The notes under the pieces are model-generated. The model was not told the DNA's origin, did no database searches, and worked only from the letters and a program-made list of their open reading frames with translations. Shown here piece by piece: positions 18,406-34,101 of a DNA stretch of 64,000 nucleotides. Every line of letters begins with the position of its first letter. The stretch's first letter is position 1. Position numbers and translations under genes: made by a program. Source of the DNA: an uncultured Thermoplasmatales archaeon. Its GTDB lineage: Archaea; Thermoplasmatota; SW-10-69-26. The DNA is taken from the NCBI GenBank assembly GCA_964396185.1, contig CAYNEI010000005.1, positions 19,842-83,841 on the forward strand. The letters are read 5' to 3'.

Positions 18406-18696
18406 ATGGTCACCCGGGACGACGGGAAGTACGTCCTCTACCCGGTCTACTTCGACCAGCGCCAGCCAAGACCCCTGCGCCGCGTGCCAACAGAGCTCTC
18501 CGTGCCAGCCCCGACGGCAGAGCAGGTGGCCAAAGCTTGCGCCCAGCTCCGGTTGAAGCCGGTGCTCGAGAAAGGCAAGCACCACCCGGCCCGATGGCAC
18601 GAGCGGGGGGGCCGCGTGCTCGTGCCTGTGCGTGGCTCCAAGGAGGTCCTCATGCGTCAGATCGGCGAGGAGCTCATCCGCGCCCGATCCGACTAA
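18406..18696 (+). CDS. srp19: signal recognition particle protein SRP19
   Basis: YVLYPVYFDQRQPRPLRRVP... is the SRP19 signature. 96 aa. Confidence 0.9.
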   Translation: MVTRDDGKYVLYPVYFDQRQPRPLRRVPTELSVPAPTAEQVAKACAQLRLKPVLEKGKHHPARWHERGGRVLVPVRGSKEVLMRQIGEELIRARSD

Positions 18697-18961
18697 GAAC
18701 TTCCCATTCGTGGAATGGAACCATTATCTCGTCCCCGATGTTGAAGCCGTGAGCGCTCAACATCTCCTCGGTGACAATGATTCCGAGCGTGCGCCCACCG
18801 AACATCTCGTTAAGGGGGCGCTCACACCGGGGGCCGCCTTCAATCAGGCGCACGTTGAGCACGGTGCCAGCTTCCCACGCGAAGAGCTTACAAAGCGTGG
18901 CCGGGACGGTGAGAGCGGCTGAATTGCCGAGCTGCGTAATCTTCGACTCGATTGGTCGCAT
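18674..18961 (-). CDS. AbrB/SpoVT (swapped-hairpin) family small DNA-binding protein, MazE/VapB-like
   Basis: ITQLGNSAALTVP motif. 95 aa. Lies in a lower-GC stretch. Its 3' end overlaps the SRP19 3' end by 23 nt (convergent). Confidence 0.45.
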   Translation of the reverse strand: MRPIESKITQLGNSAALTVPATLCKLFAWEAGTVLNVRLIEGGPRCERPLNEMFGGRTLGIIVTEEMLSAHGFNIGDEIMVPFHEWEVLSRIGRG

Positions 18962-19176
18962 ACGAGTCCTACGATGGGCACGTTAGTGGAGTATTTGCAA
19001 CCTCCTAGCGCGCCCATAGGACTTCCTCCATGGGGGGAATACTCGATTGGTCTTCCTTTTGCTCTCGGTGAGTCCGTGCTAGACCGTTCACCTATTCAGG
19101 GGTGAGACGCCGCAAAAAATTGCGCACCGCTACAAACGCCCGCACTCACTAACCTGGTTGAACGGCTGTAGGCGGG

Positions 19177-20841
<1,665 letters not shown>

Positions 20842-20878
20842 GGGCTCACCCGGTGTGCAGCATGAACCTCGTGACTCG

Positions 20879-20886
20879 TTTATAGG
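20879..20886. promoter_or_regulatory. palindromic TATA element (tttatagg/cctataaa) between divergent mutase and PKD-protein genes
   Basis: About 38 nt upstream of the mutase ATG on the minus strand. It could also serve the plus-strand gene. Confidence 0.3.
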
Positions 20887-21029
20887 TTGCCCGTCGACCC
20901 GGGCGGCCTCCTGGCGAACCAGGGTGTCCCCACTCCAGTGACAACCTTCGCGTTATGGGCTCGATGACCGGTGCCAGACGTGGCTTGGCCTGGCCGTCCA
21001 TCCAGCCGATGGACCCCGGGGGCGACGAC

Positions 21030-24000
21030 ATGATCGGGTTGAAGCAGTTGGCAGCGCTGATCGCATCTCTCGCGATGGTCGCCAGCGGCGTCTTCGTCAC
21101 GGATGGCGGCGACGGGACCGTCGCGCTCTCGTCCACGCCTGGCGGGGGCACGGAAGCCGTCGCCGACGGCGCAGCGCCCATCCGGCTCGAGAACCTTCGC
21201 GTCTTCGACCTGACCGCCACCCAAGCCCGGCTGTCCGCTCCAGCCACGATCGAAGGCACCTTGGGGGATGTTACCGCCACGACGGCCACCACCCATGGAC
21301 CCGGTGCGATCCATTTCGGGGGCCAGCGCCTCACCGTCCCGCCTGGCGCGCGCCTCCACATCGACGCCCTGACGGGAAGCGCGTCCCTCGGAGATGCGGA
21401 TCTCTCCACCTTGGTGACCGCCGTGGGCACCGCTCAAGCGGTCACGATCCTTCCGCCCCAGGCCCCACCCGTCTCCACGCAAGCGAGCTCCAGCCAGGGT
21501 CTCACGGCCACGAGCCTGGAGATCGACGGAGCCGGGATCACCGGGAACCTGCGGGATGCAGGTCAGTTCGATCAGATCTCGTTCCAGGCTCCGCCGGCCC
21601 CTGCGGCCAGTCCTGCCCAGCAGCTCGCCTTGGGCAACGAGCTCTTCGACATCCACCACGAGAAGCGGGTCACCGTGGAGGATTTCGTCGGCGTCGTCGT
21701 GGCTCTGTGGATCGATGACGAAGAGATCCGGGTCAGGTTGGACGGGTACGGCAACGTCACCATCGGCGATGAGCGAAAGAACGTGAGCTACAGCGACGAG
21801 GTTAGCGTGCCGAACCCAGCAGGGGGCGATGTCTCGTTCGAGAACCAGCCTCCGGAAGCCAACTTCACGTACCGGCCCACGCTGCCCACCACGGGGGAGA
21901 CCGTGCACTTCGTGGACCGCTCCAGCGACGACATCGCGGTGAAGTCCTGGAAGTGGGACTTCGGCGACGGGTTCACCTCCACCGAGCAGCACCCCGAGCA
22001 CGCCTACGGGACGGATGGGACCTACCAGGTCACGCTCACCGTCACCGACGTGTTCGGCGAAGCCAGCGCCGTGACCCACCCGGTCCCGGTGGCCAACAGC
22101 CGGCCCAAGGTCACCTTCTCCTGGGACCCTGTCAACCCACTGGAGACAGAGACCGTCGTCTTCCAGGCGCGCGTCGAAGACAAGGACCACGACGTCGAAC
22201 GCGTGGAGTGGCGCTTCGAGGACGGCGTCACGATGGAAGGCGAAACCGTCAACAGGAGCTTCGAGGTCAAGGGTCTGTATAACGTCACCGTGGTGGCCAT
22301 CGATGCAGACGACGCGCGTGGCTGGGCCAACGACACGGTGCTCATCCGCAACGCTCCGCCCGTGGCTGGCTTCGAGCTCGAACCCACCAACCCGGTGGCT
22401 GGCACCCTGGCCACCCTGCGCTCCACCTCTCATGACCCTGGCGCCGGCCACATCACCAACACGACCTGGCACATCCCAGGCGTGGACACCTTGTACGGCA
22501 GCGAGGTGGACCTCACCTTCCCGCGCGACGGCTCGGTCCCTGTGCGCATCGTCGTCACCGACGATGATGGCGAGCGAACGCAACACGAGCGGGCTGTCGA
22601 GATCCGCAACCCCCCGCCCGAGGTCTCCATCCGCATGGTCCCCACGTACCCCAACCCTGGCGAGAGCGTGGACTTCTACGCAAGCGTCGTCGACGACGAC
22701 CAACCCGTGGACTCCCGGTGGTCCTTCACCGACGGCGTGGATCGCACCGGGCTCTCGGTCTCCCGCGTCTTCCCATCCGGCGGGGCCTACGGCGTTGATC
22801 TCTGGGTCCAGGACGAGGACGGCGCCAACGGGACCGCGGAGCGAACCTTCGATGTCAACCACCCACCCCGTGTCCGGCTGGGCGTGGACGGGGAGGGCAC
22901 GGACCTCGAACAGACCGCAGCGCTCACTGGCGAAGAGATCTTGATCGAAGCGCGGACGAGCGATGCTGACGGGAACGAGACCACCACCCGGTGGCTTGTC
23001 GATGGACGCAGCCCCGGTGCGCTCGGGCTCCAAGCTTGCCAGACGGCGCAAGGCGACCCGGAGACCCTCGTGTGCGCGTGGCCGGACGACGGCAACCACA
23101 CCGTGCGGGCCACCACCACGGACGACAACGGGGCCAGCAGCCGTGATAGCATCGAGGTCTTGGTCATCAACCGGGTCCCAACCCTGGACCCCGAGGTCCT
23201 CTCACCCATCGCGAACCTCGGCAGCCCAGTGTTGCTGCAGGCCAACGCCGAGGACGCCGACGGGACGATCGCCCTGGTCCAGTGGTTCATGGACGACGAG
23301 CTCGCCGCGGAAGGCCAAACCGCCGAGCTCACCTTCGAGGACGCAGGCCTCCAGCCCGTCACGGTCTCAGCGGTGGACGACGACGGTGCCCGCGAGAACG
23401 TGACCTTCCGCGTCGACGTCAACGCAGCGCCTACCATCGAGGCCAGCGCGACGCCACGGAGCGTCGAGGCCGGTGACCCCGTGCGCTTCCAAGCCGACGC
23501 CTTCGACCCGGACGGGCCGGACAGCGCCATCACGCTCGGCTGGGACTTCGGTGATGGCACGGGCTCCAACGACACCACCGTCGAGCACGCCTACACGAAG
23601 GCCGGCGAGTACAACGCGAAGGTCACGGCCACGGATGAGCACGGCGCCACCGCCCAGCAGACCTTCACGATCACGGTCACCACCCCCCCGCTCCAAACCC
23701 AGCTCTCCACGAGCCCCTCCACACCGCGGGCCAACGATCCCGTGCGCTTCGAGGTCTCCATCGCCGACGGGCGCACCATCGAGCGCATCGAGTGGGACCT
23801 AGGAGACCAGACAGAGCGCCAGACCGGGCCCGGCGTGGACAACATCACGCATATCTACGCTGAACCCCGGATCTACACGGTCACGGTCACAGTGCACGCG
23901 GACCGGGGAGACCAGGAGACCCACGTCGCCGAGGTGCGCGTGACCAGCGACGTGGCCCACCTCGTGAAGTTCGCACCCAGATTGCCTGATGGCCAGTGCG

Positions 24001-24728
24001 TGAACCTGGATGCGCCGAGCGTCTCCTTCAAGGTTGAGAACACGAACACCGGCGAGTCCGTCGCCCTGGAGGCGCCCAACGGCACCTACGTTTGGCAGCG
24101 CTCTGGGGCCTGCACCCTCTCCCAGGTCTACCCACCCGGGAAGTGGGCGCTTGGGGACCAGCTCTCCATCCAGGGCATGGTGGGAGGGGCGAGCACCACG
24201 GACCAACGACCGTTCAACACGAACGAGGAGATCGTGGACCTGGACTTCGTGCTCCGCGGCGTGCCCCTGGCCTTCGACACCTTCCAAGCGGTCAACCGAA
24301 CCCAAGCCACGACCCCGCTGAACCCGAGCGAGGACAAGACCACGTACCACGATCCCTACGAGCCCGTCTACATCCAAGGCGTGATGATCTGGGCTGAAGG
24401 TACGCCCGTGCGGCGCATGGATGTCAACATGAGCGTGAGCTACCGCGGCCCCATGGACCTTCTCGGAGGCTCCAGCCTGGAGTACCGGACGTGGACGGCG
24501 ACCACCGACGAGGATGGATCGTTCACGACCCTCGTACCGGCACCGATCATCGCCACGCGTGCCGAACACGAGCAGGACCCTGAAGGTGACAGCCTCATCT
24601 ACGCGCCAGGCTCTTACAGGGTGCGTGGTTCAGCCGGCTCGTCCGGCTTGTACAGCGCGTCGGCCGAGTTCATCGAGGATCCGGCCGCCATCATGAACGA
24701 GCTACGGGAGAACGGGATCTTCGTCTAG
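21030..24728 (+). CDS. large secreted protein with multiple PKD domains
   Basis: Repeated WDFGDG-type PKD modules (SWKWDFGDGFTSTEQHPEHAY, ITLGWDFGDGTGSNDTTVEHAY, IEWDLGDQTER). The proposed start MIGLKQLAALIASLAMVASG is a signal peptide. The track ORF begins at 20955. Confidence 0.8.
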   Translation: MIGLKQLAALIASLAMVASGVFVTDGGDGTVALSSTPGGGTEAVADGAAPIRLENLRVFDLTATQARLSAPATIEGTLGDVTATTATTHGPGAIHFGGQRLTVPPGARLHIDALTGSASLGDADLSTLVTAVGTAQAVTILPPQAPPVSTQASSSQGLTATSLEIDGAGITGNLRDAGQFDQISFQAPPAPAASPAQQLALGNELFDIHHEKRVTVEDFVGVVVALWIDDEEIRVRLDGYGNVTIGDERKNVSYSDEVSVPNPAGGDVSFENQPPEANFTYRPTLPTTGETVHFVDRSSDDIAVKSWKWDFGDGFTSTEQHPEHAYGTDGTYQVTLTVTDVFGEASAVTHPVPVANSRPKVTFSWDPVNPLETETVVFQARVEDKDHDVERVEWRFEDGVTMEGETVNRSFEVKGLYNVTVVAIDADDARGWANDTVLIRNAPPVAGFELEPTNPVAGTLATLRSTSHDPGAGHITNTTWHIPGVDTLYGSEVDLTFPRDGSVPVRIVVTDDDGERTQHERAVEIRNPPPEVSIRMVPTYPNPGESVDFYASVVDDDQPVDSRWSFTDGVDRTGLSVSRVFPSGGAYGVDLWVQDEDGANGTAERTFDVNHPPRVRLGVDGEGTDLEQTAALTGEEILIEARTSDADGNETTTRWLVDGRSPGALGLQACQTAQGDPETLVCAWPDDGNHTVRATTTDDNGASSRDSIEVLVINRVPTLDPEVLSPIANLGSPVLLQANAEDADGTIALVQWFMDDELAAEGQTAELTFEDAGLQPVTVSAVDDDGARENVTFRVDVNAAPTIEASATPRSVEAGDPVRFQADAFDPDGPDSAITLGWDFGDGTGSNDTTVEHAYTKAGEYNAKVTATDEHGATAQQTFTITVTTPPLQTQLSTSPSTPRANDPVRFEVSIADGRTIERIEWDLGDQTERQTGPGVDNITHIYAEPRIYTVTVTVHADRGDQETHVAEVRVTSDVAHLVKFAPRLPDGQCVNLDAPSVSFKVENTNTGESVALEAPNGTYVWQRSGACTLSQVYPPGKWALGDQLSIQGMVGGASTTDQRPFNTNEEIVDLDFVLRGVPLAFDTFQAVNRTQATTPLNPSEDKTTYHDPYEPVYIQGVMIWAEGTPVRRMDVNMSVSYRGPMDLLGGSSLEYRTWTATTDEDGSFTTLVPAPIIATRAEHEQDPEGDSLIYAPGSYRVRGSAGSSGLYSASAEFIEDPAAIMNELRENGIFV

Positions 24729-24729
24729 A

Positions 24730-25578
24730 TCACACCCGCAGGAGCGGGGCGATCAGCTCGACCACGCTCTCGAGGGTCCGATCCGCCTCATCCAGAGGCG
24801 GTGAGAGCTCCACCACGTCGAAGACAGCGCACCGATCCCAGGCCGCCGTGAGCGCCTCGCGAGCCTCGTCCATGGTGAGTCGGGGGCTACCTGGCGCGGA
24901 GACGCCCGGAGCGATGTTGGCGTCCAACACGTCCACATCGAAGGAGAAGCACCATGAGGCGCCAGGCGTGAGGGCTGCAGCGACCGTCTCGTCCGGCGCG
25001 GCGCGCACCTCGTCGAGGCTGGCCCACGAGAGCCCCGCGGTGCGGCCCCAGGCGGCGAGCTCGTCGAACCGGGAGCGCTCCAGCGCCCCTGGATCGCTGG
25101 GGCGCTGGATGCCGAGGGGACGCACGAGGCTGGGGGGGACCAGACCCTCGCCGATCAAACGGCGGAAGCTCGACCCGCTCGTATGGACCGGCTCGTAAGC
25201 TCGAAGATCCAGGTGAACATCCAGGTAGGCCACGCCCACCTCGTCCAAGGCCCGCGCCGCGCCACGGACCACGGCGTAGGTGATCCCGTGGTCCCCACCG
25301 AAAACGACGGGCTTCCTGCCACCCACTAAGGCCTGCTCGACGCTTTGGCTGATCTGATCGAGGTCGGCCTCGAGGGCCCCGGGTTCGTTGGCGAGCTCGA
25401 GGCTCTCCACCTGAGCGGAGGAGGGGATGGCGCCTCGCTCCTCCAGGGCCTCGAACAGTCGAGCCGGCGCCTGGCTGGCGCCCGGGCGGCCATCGAGGTT
25501 GCGCACACCCTGGTCGAGGGGAGCTAGCAAGATGGAGAGCTCTGCACCAGCCACGTCGAGCAGAGAAAGCGCAACCAT
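24730..25578 (-). CDS. arginase/agmatinase/formiminoglutamase-family ureohydrolase
   Basis: GGDHGIT, DVHLD and SFDVDVLD Mn-binding motifs. The start is taken at the internal MVALSLLDV (ATG 25578). The track ORF has an Arg-rich non-protein leader. Confidence 0.8.
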   Translation of the reverse strand: MVALSLLDVAGAELSILLAPLDQGVRNLDGRPGASQAPARLFEALEERGAIPSSAQVESLELANEPGALEADLDQISQSVEQALVGGRKPVVFGGDHGITYAVVRGAARALDEVGVAYLDVHLDLRAYEPVHTSGSSFRRLIGEGLVPPSLVRPLGIQRPSDPGALERSRFDELAAWGRTAGLSWASLDEVRAAPDETVAAALTPGASWCFSFDVDVLDANIAPGVSAPGSPRLTMDEAREALTAAWDRCAVFDVVELSPPLDEADRTLESVVELIAPLLRV

Positions 25579-25593
25579 TTGATGGTTGCGCGC
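25569..25593. promoter_or_regulatory. palindrome gcgcaaccat-ttg-atggttgcgc spanning the agmatinase-family start codon, between divergent genes
   Basis: 10-bp arms with a 3-nt spacer. Lies between the agmatinase-family ATG (25578, minus) and the HAD GTG (25605, plus). Confidence 0.4.
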
Positions 25594-25604
25594 CGTGTAC
25601 AAGC

Positions 25605-26264
25605 GTGCGCTTGGTGACCCTCGACCTCGATGGGACGCTGATCCGAACCACCGTCTTCGAGGCCGCCGCCCGAGAGCTGGGCCACGGCTCGGTCGTCGAC
25701 TACTTCGACCGCCTCTACTTCGATGGCCTTCTTTCCCTGGAGGCCACATTCTACGCTGAGTACGATCTCTTCCTCGACGTCCCCATCGCCCGGATCCACG
25801 AAGCCCTAGCAAGCGGCCCATGGCTCGAAAGCATCGAGGAGACCGTTGCGGAGTTGCGGGAGGCAGGTCTCGAGGTCTGGATCGTGACCGATCAACCGGA
25901 CTGGGCCGTGCTCTTCCTGGAGCGCTGGGGGCTCAACGAGGGCGTCTACACGGCCACCCGAAGCTGGGATGGCTGCGTCGGGCCAGTCGAAGAGCAGGTG
26001 TTCGAGAAGTGGCCAGCTCTGCGCACCAAGTTGAAGAGCGCAGGTATCGCTCCAAGCCAGGTGTGCCATGTGGGCAACGGGACCAACGACGTCCCGATCT
26101 TCGAGCACGTGGGAGCCAGCGTGGCCTTCAACCCTGACCACGCGACGATCAGCCAAGCCGCTGACCACACGATCCAGTCCGAGAGCTTGGAAGGCGTGGC
26201 GGAGTGGATCCGGGCACGGCGCGCAGCCACGGCTCAACGATCCGAGTCGAGGGTGTCCAGGTAG
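25605..26264 (+). CDS. HAD-superfamily hydrolase (phosphoserine-phosphatase-like)
   Basis: LVTLDLDGTL motif I, VWIVTD motif, GNGTNDVPIFEHVG motif IV. GTG start. Confidence 0.7.
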   Translation: MRLVTLDLDGTLIRTTVFEAAARELGHGSVVDYFDRLYFDGLLSLEATFYAEYDLFLDVPIARIHEALASGPWLESIEETVAELREAGLEVWIVTDQPDWAVLFLERWGLNEGVYTATRSWDGCVGPVEEQVFEKWPALRTKLKSAGIAPSQVCHVGNGTNDVPIFEHVGASVAFNPDHATISQAADHTIQSESLEGVAEWIRARRAATAQRSESRVSR

Positions 26265-26629
26265 TCCCCGCTCTCGATCCGCGCCCCCGTCTCGACCGGG
26301 TCACGCCAAGCGTAAACCCAGGCCTCCAGCGATGCGTCCTCCGGGGTCAAGACGTCGGCGGGCACCCGTTCGTACGGGCCACCGTGGTCCACCCCCTCGT
26401 AGGCGTCCAGGCGGGCCAGTGCGACCTCGGGTTCCCGGGCCAACCGGTAGAGGTCCCCGGTCACGGGGGCACCAGCGTCGTCGAGCACGAGGGCGGGAAG
26501 GCCCTGGACCTCGTAGAGGTGGCCTTGAACCGTGGCCATGGCAAGGTGTTCACCGTGGATCTCGAGGATCTGTCGGCCCGGGTTGGAGAACCCACGCCGA
26601 AGCGTCCCGTACACGAACAAGCGTTCCAC
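26234..26629 (-). CDS. gamma-glutamylcyclotransferase-like (AIG2/GGCT fold) protein
   Basis: LFVYGTLRRG N-terminal motif. 131 aa. Confidence 0.7.
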   Translation of the reverse strand: MERLFVYGTLRRGFSNPGRQILEIHGEHLAMATVQGHLYEVQGLPALVLDDAGAPVTGDLYRLAREPEVALARLDAYEGVDHGGPYERVPADVLTPEDASLEAWVYAWRDPVETGARIESGDYLDTLDSDR

Positions 26630-26693
26630 GATCCATCTCCCTCCGACCCACCGTTGAGCGCGCCCGACGGACGCGAACCGGGAACCGCCAGCG

Positions 26694-27155
26694 TCAAGCG
26701 CCGCTTTCCACGTGGCCGGCGTCGACGACGACCTCGTCGATGTCCGTGTGCCGACCCACGAGCTGGGCGCACAGCTTCACGTTGCTGCCGCCTTTCCCGA
26801 TGGCTCGGCCCTTGTCCTTCGGCGCGACCTTGACCCGGGCGATGGTGGTCCCGTCTCGTCGGTCTTCGAGCTCGACCCCCTGGACCGCATGGGGTCGGAA
26901 GTAGTTGGCCACGAGCTGCTTGGGATCCTCGTCGAAGGCCACCACGTCGATGGTGAGCCCCATCTTGTCCCGGATGTTGCGCAGCCGCGAGCCGCCCTTC
27001 CCAACGGCTCTTCCCACCTCGTCCTCTGGGATGAGCACGACGAGCCGCTCGTCCTCGCGCTCCTCGACGAGGTCGATGACACGGGCTCCGCTGAGCTCCT
27101 CGAAGGTGGAGAGGAGTTGCATGGTGCGCAGATCGAGGGTCCGTTCACCGGCCAT
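26694..27155 (-). CDS. nusA: archaeal NusA-like protein (two KH domains)
   Basis: GRAVGKGGSRLRNIRDKMG and GRAIGKGGSNVKLCAQLVG KH GXXG loops. The start is at the internal MAGERT (ATG 27155). Lies downstream of L30e as in the canonical archaeal rpo operon. Confidence 0.85.
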   Translation of the reverse strand: MAGERTLDLRTMQLLSTFEELSGARVIDLVEEREDERLVVLIPEDEVGRAVGKGGSRLRNIRDKMGLTIDVVAFDEDPKQLVANYFRPHAVQGVELEDRRDGTTIARVKVAPKDKGRAIGKGGSNVKLCAQLVGRHTDIDEVVVDAGHVESGA

Positions 27156-27159
27156 CGGT

Positions 27160-27462
27160 TTACCGCGCAGCAGCTTGAAGGATCTCGCTCTCGCCAGGGT
27201 CCACGATGGCTGCCGCAGAGACGCCGAAGGGCTTGCCCAGGGCGGGTCCGAGCTCGACGTTGGTGCCTGTGAACTCGATGATGGGCACGCTCGCATCCTC
27301 CGCTGCAGCGAGCAACGCTTCTCGCCGCGCCTCTGGGAGGTTGCGGGAGAGGACCACCGCCTTGGCATCAGCCGTGTCGATGGCGGCGTTCGTGGACTTG
27401 TACCCGAGTTCGACCGTCCCTGTCTTGGATGCTGTTCTCAGCGCGCGCGTGATGTCGACCAT
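27160..27462 (-). CDS. rpl30e: 50S ribosomal protein L30e
   Basis: 100 aa with the L30e/L7Ae fold. Position between rpoA'' and nusA is conserved in archaea. Confidence 0.9.
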   Translation of the reverse strand: MVDITRALRTASKTGTVELGYKSTNAAIDTADAKAVVLSRNLPEARREALLAAAEDASVPIIEFTGTNVELGPALGKPFGVSAAAIVDPGESEILQAAAR

Positions 27463-27464
27463 GA

Positions 27465-32283
<4,819 letters not shown>

Positions 32284-32287
<4 letters not shown>

Positions 32288-34101
32288 ACTAAGTCCTCCA
32301 GCTTCAGGCGCGGGGCCAGGCAAAGCGATTTGAGTTCATCGAGCAGGAGCTTGAACGCGTAGCTCATCTCGACGGGGTACACCTCGGCGTCATCGCCGCA
32401 GTTGGAGCACCGCGTGAAGCCCCGGCGGTCCTCGAAGGCGACCATGCCGCAGTTCTTACAGACCAGCACCTCGACCTTGTCGGACTCGTCGAGCAACCGG
32501 TCCTTGATGACCATGGCCGCGCCGTGGCCGATCAGGCAGTCGCGCTCCATCTCGCCGAAGCGCAGACCACCGTCCCGGGCGCGACCCTCGGTCGGCTGCC
32601 GGGTGAGGATCTGCACCGGTCCGCGGGAGCGGCTGTGCAGCTTGCCGGCGACCATGTGGTGGAGCTTCTGGTAGTAGATCGCACCGATGAAGATGTCCGC
32701 CTCGAAGCGCTCCCCAGTGACCCCGTCGTACATGGGCTCGCGCCCGCTGTGGTGGAAACCGTTCTCAACGAGGCCCTTGCGGAGCCCCTCCTCGGACTCG
32801 CCGTCGAAGGGCGTGCCGTCGATGCTGCGGCCATCCATGCTGCCCACCTTGCCGCCGATCATCTCGAGCACGTGGCCCACGGTCATCCGGGACGGGATGG
32901 CGTGAGGGTTGATCACGATGTCTGGAAGGACGCCGCTGGGGGTGAACGGGAGGTCCTCGGGTTCCGCGATGAGCCCGATGACCCCCTTCTGGCCGTGGCG
33001 GCTTGCGAACTTGTCTCCGAGCTCAGGCACGCGCTCGTCACGCATCTTGACCTTCACGAGCTTCGAGCCGCCGGTGGACTCGGTGAACATGACGCTGTCC
33101 ACCACGCCTCGCTCCCCGTGGCGCACGGTCACCGAGGTCTCGCGCCGCTTCTGGGGGGTGAGGAAGTCCTGTGGCTCCTCGAGGAAACGCGGGGGGCTCG
33201 TCTTCCCGATGAGCACATCGCCGGAACCGACGACGGCCTCGGGGCTGATCAAGCCATCCTCGCCCAACTGGGCGTAGGCTTCCTCGGGGCGCACCCCTTT
33301 CACGTCGGGGCTGGGGATCTCGAAGTGGTCCTCCTGGCCACCGGGGTATCGGCGTTCCTCGCTGGAGTAGGATCGGAAGAAAGCTGAGCGAGCAAGGGCG
33401 CGGTCGATGGAGGCGCGGTTGAAGATGAGCGCGTCCTCCATGTTGTAGCCCTGGTAGCTGGCCACGGCCACGATGTAGTTCTGGCCGGCTGGTCGCCGGT
33501 CGAAGTTGACGTAGTCTAGCGCTTGGGTGCGCACGAGCGGGGCTTGCGGGTAGTGCATGACGTGCCCGCGCGTGTCCGGGCGCGTGCGGTAGTTTGATTG
33601 GCCCAGCCCGAGGCTCTGCTTCCCCATGCCGGCTCCCATGGTGATGCGCGGGCTGGAGTTGTGCTCGGGGTAGGGGACGATGCTTGCACCGATGCCCAAG
33701 ATGACCATGGGATCGATCTCGAGGTGCGTGTGCTCGTCGGTGACGTCCTCGGGGCGCACGGCCACGTAGACGTTCTCCTCCTCCTCGGCGTCGATGTACT
33801 CGATCGCGCCCTCGCGGAGCATGTCACCCCACGCGAGCTCGCCGGCGGCGATCTGGGCGAGGTGCTCGTCGGTGATCCGTGGTTCGCCCTCGTCGATGAC
33901 GATGAGCGGCCGGCGCAGGCGTCCCGAGTCGGCGTTGATGTAGATGTCACCGGTCTCGTCGTCCATGCGGACGTTGACTTCGCCGCTGAGCAGGCCCTGG
34001 CGGCGGCGGGTCTTGACCTTCTCGTAGAGCTCGCCGGGGTTGTCGTGGAGCCCGACGATGTCGCCGTTGAGGAACACGCGCGCGCCTTCCATCTCGCTCA
34101 T
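32284..34101 (-). CDS. rpoB1: DNA-directed RNA polymerase subunit B' (C-terminal half of split RpoB)
   Basis: Start [14 protein letters not shown] (ATG 34101) overlaps the rpoB'' stop (ATGA). C-terminal zinc ribbon [22 protein letters not shown]. Confidence 0.9.
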
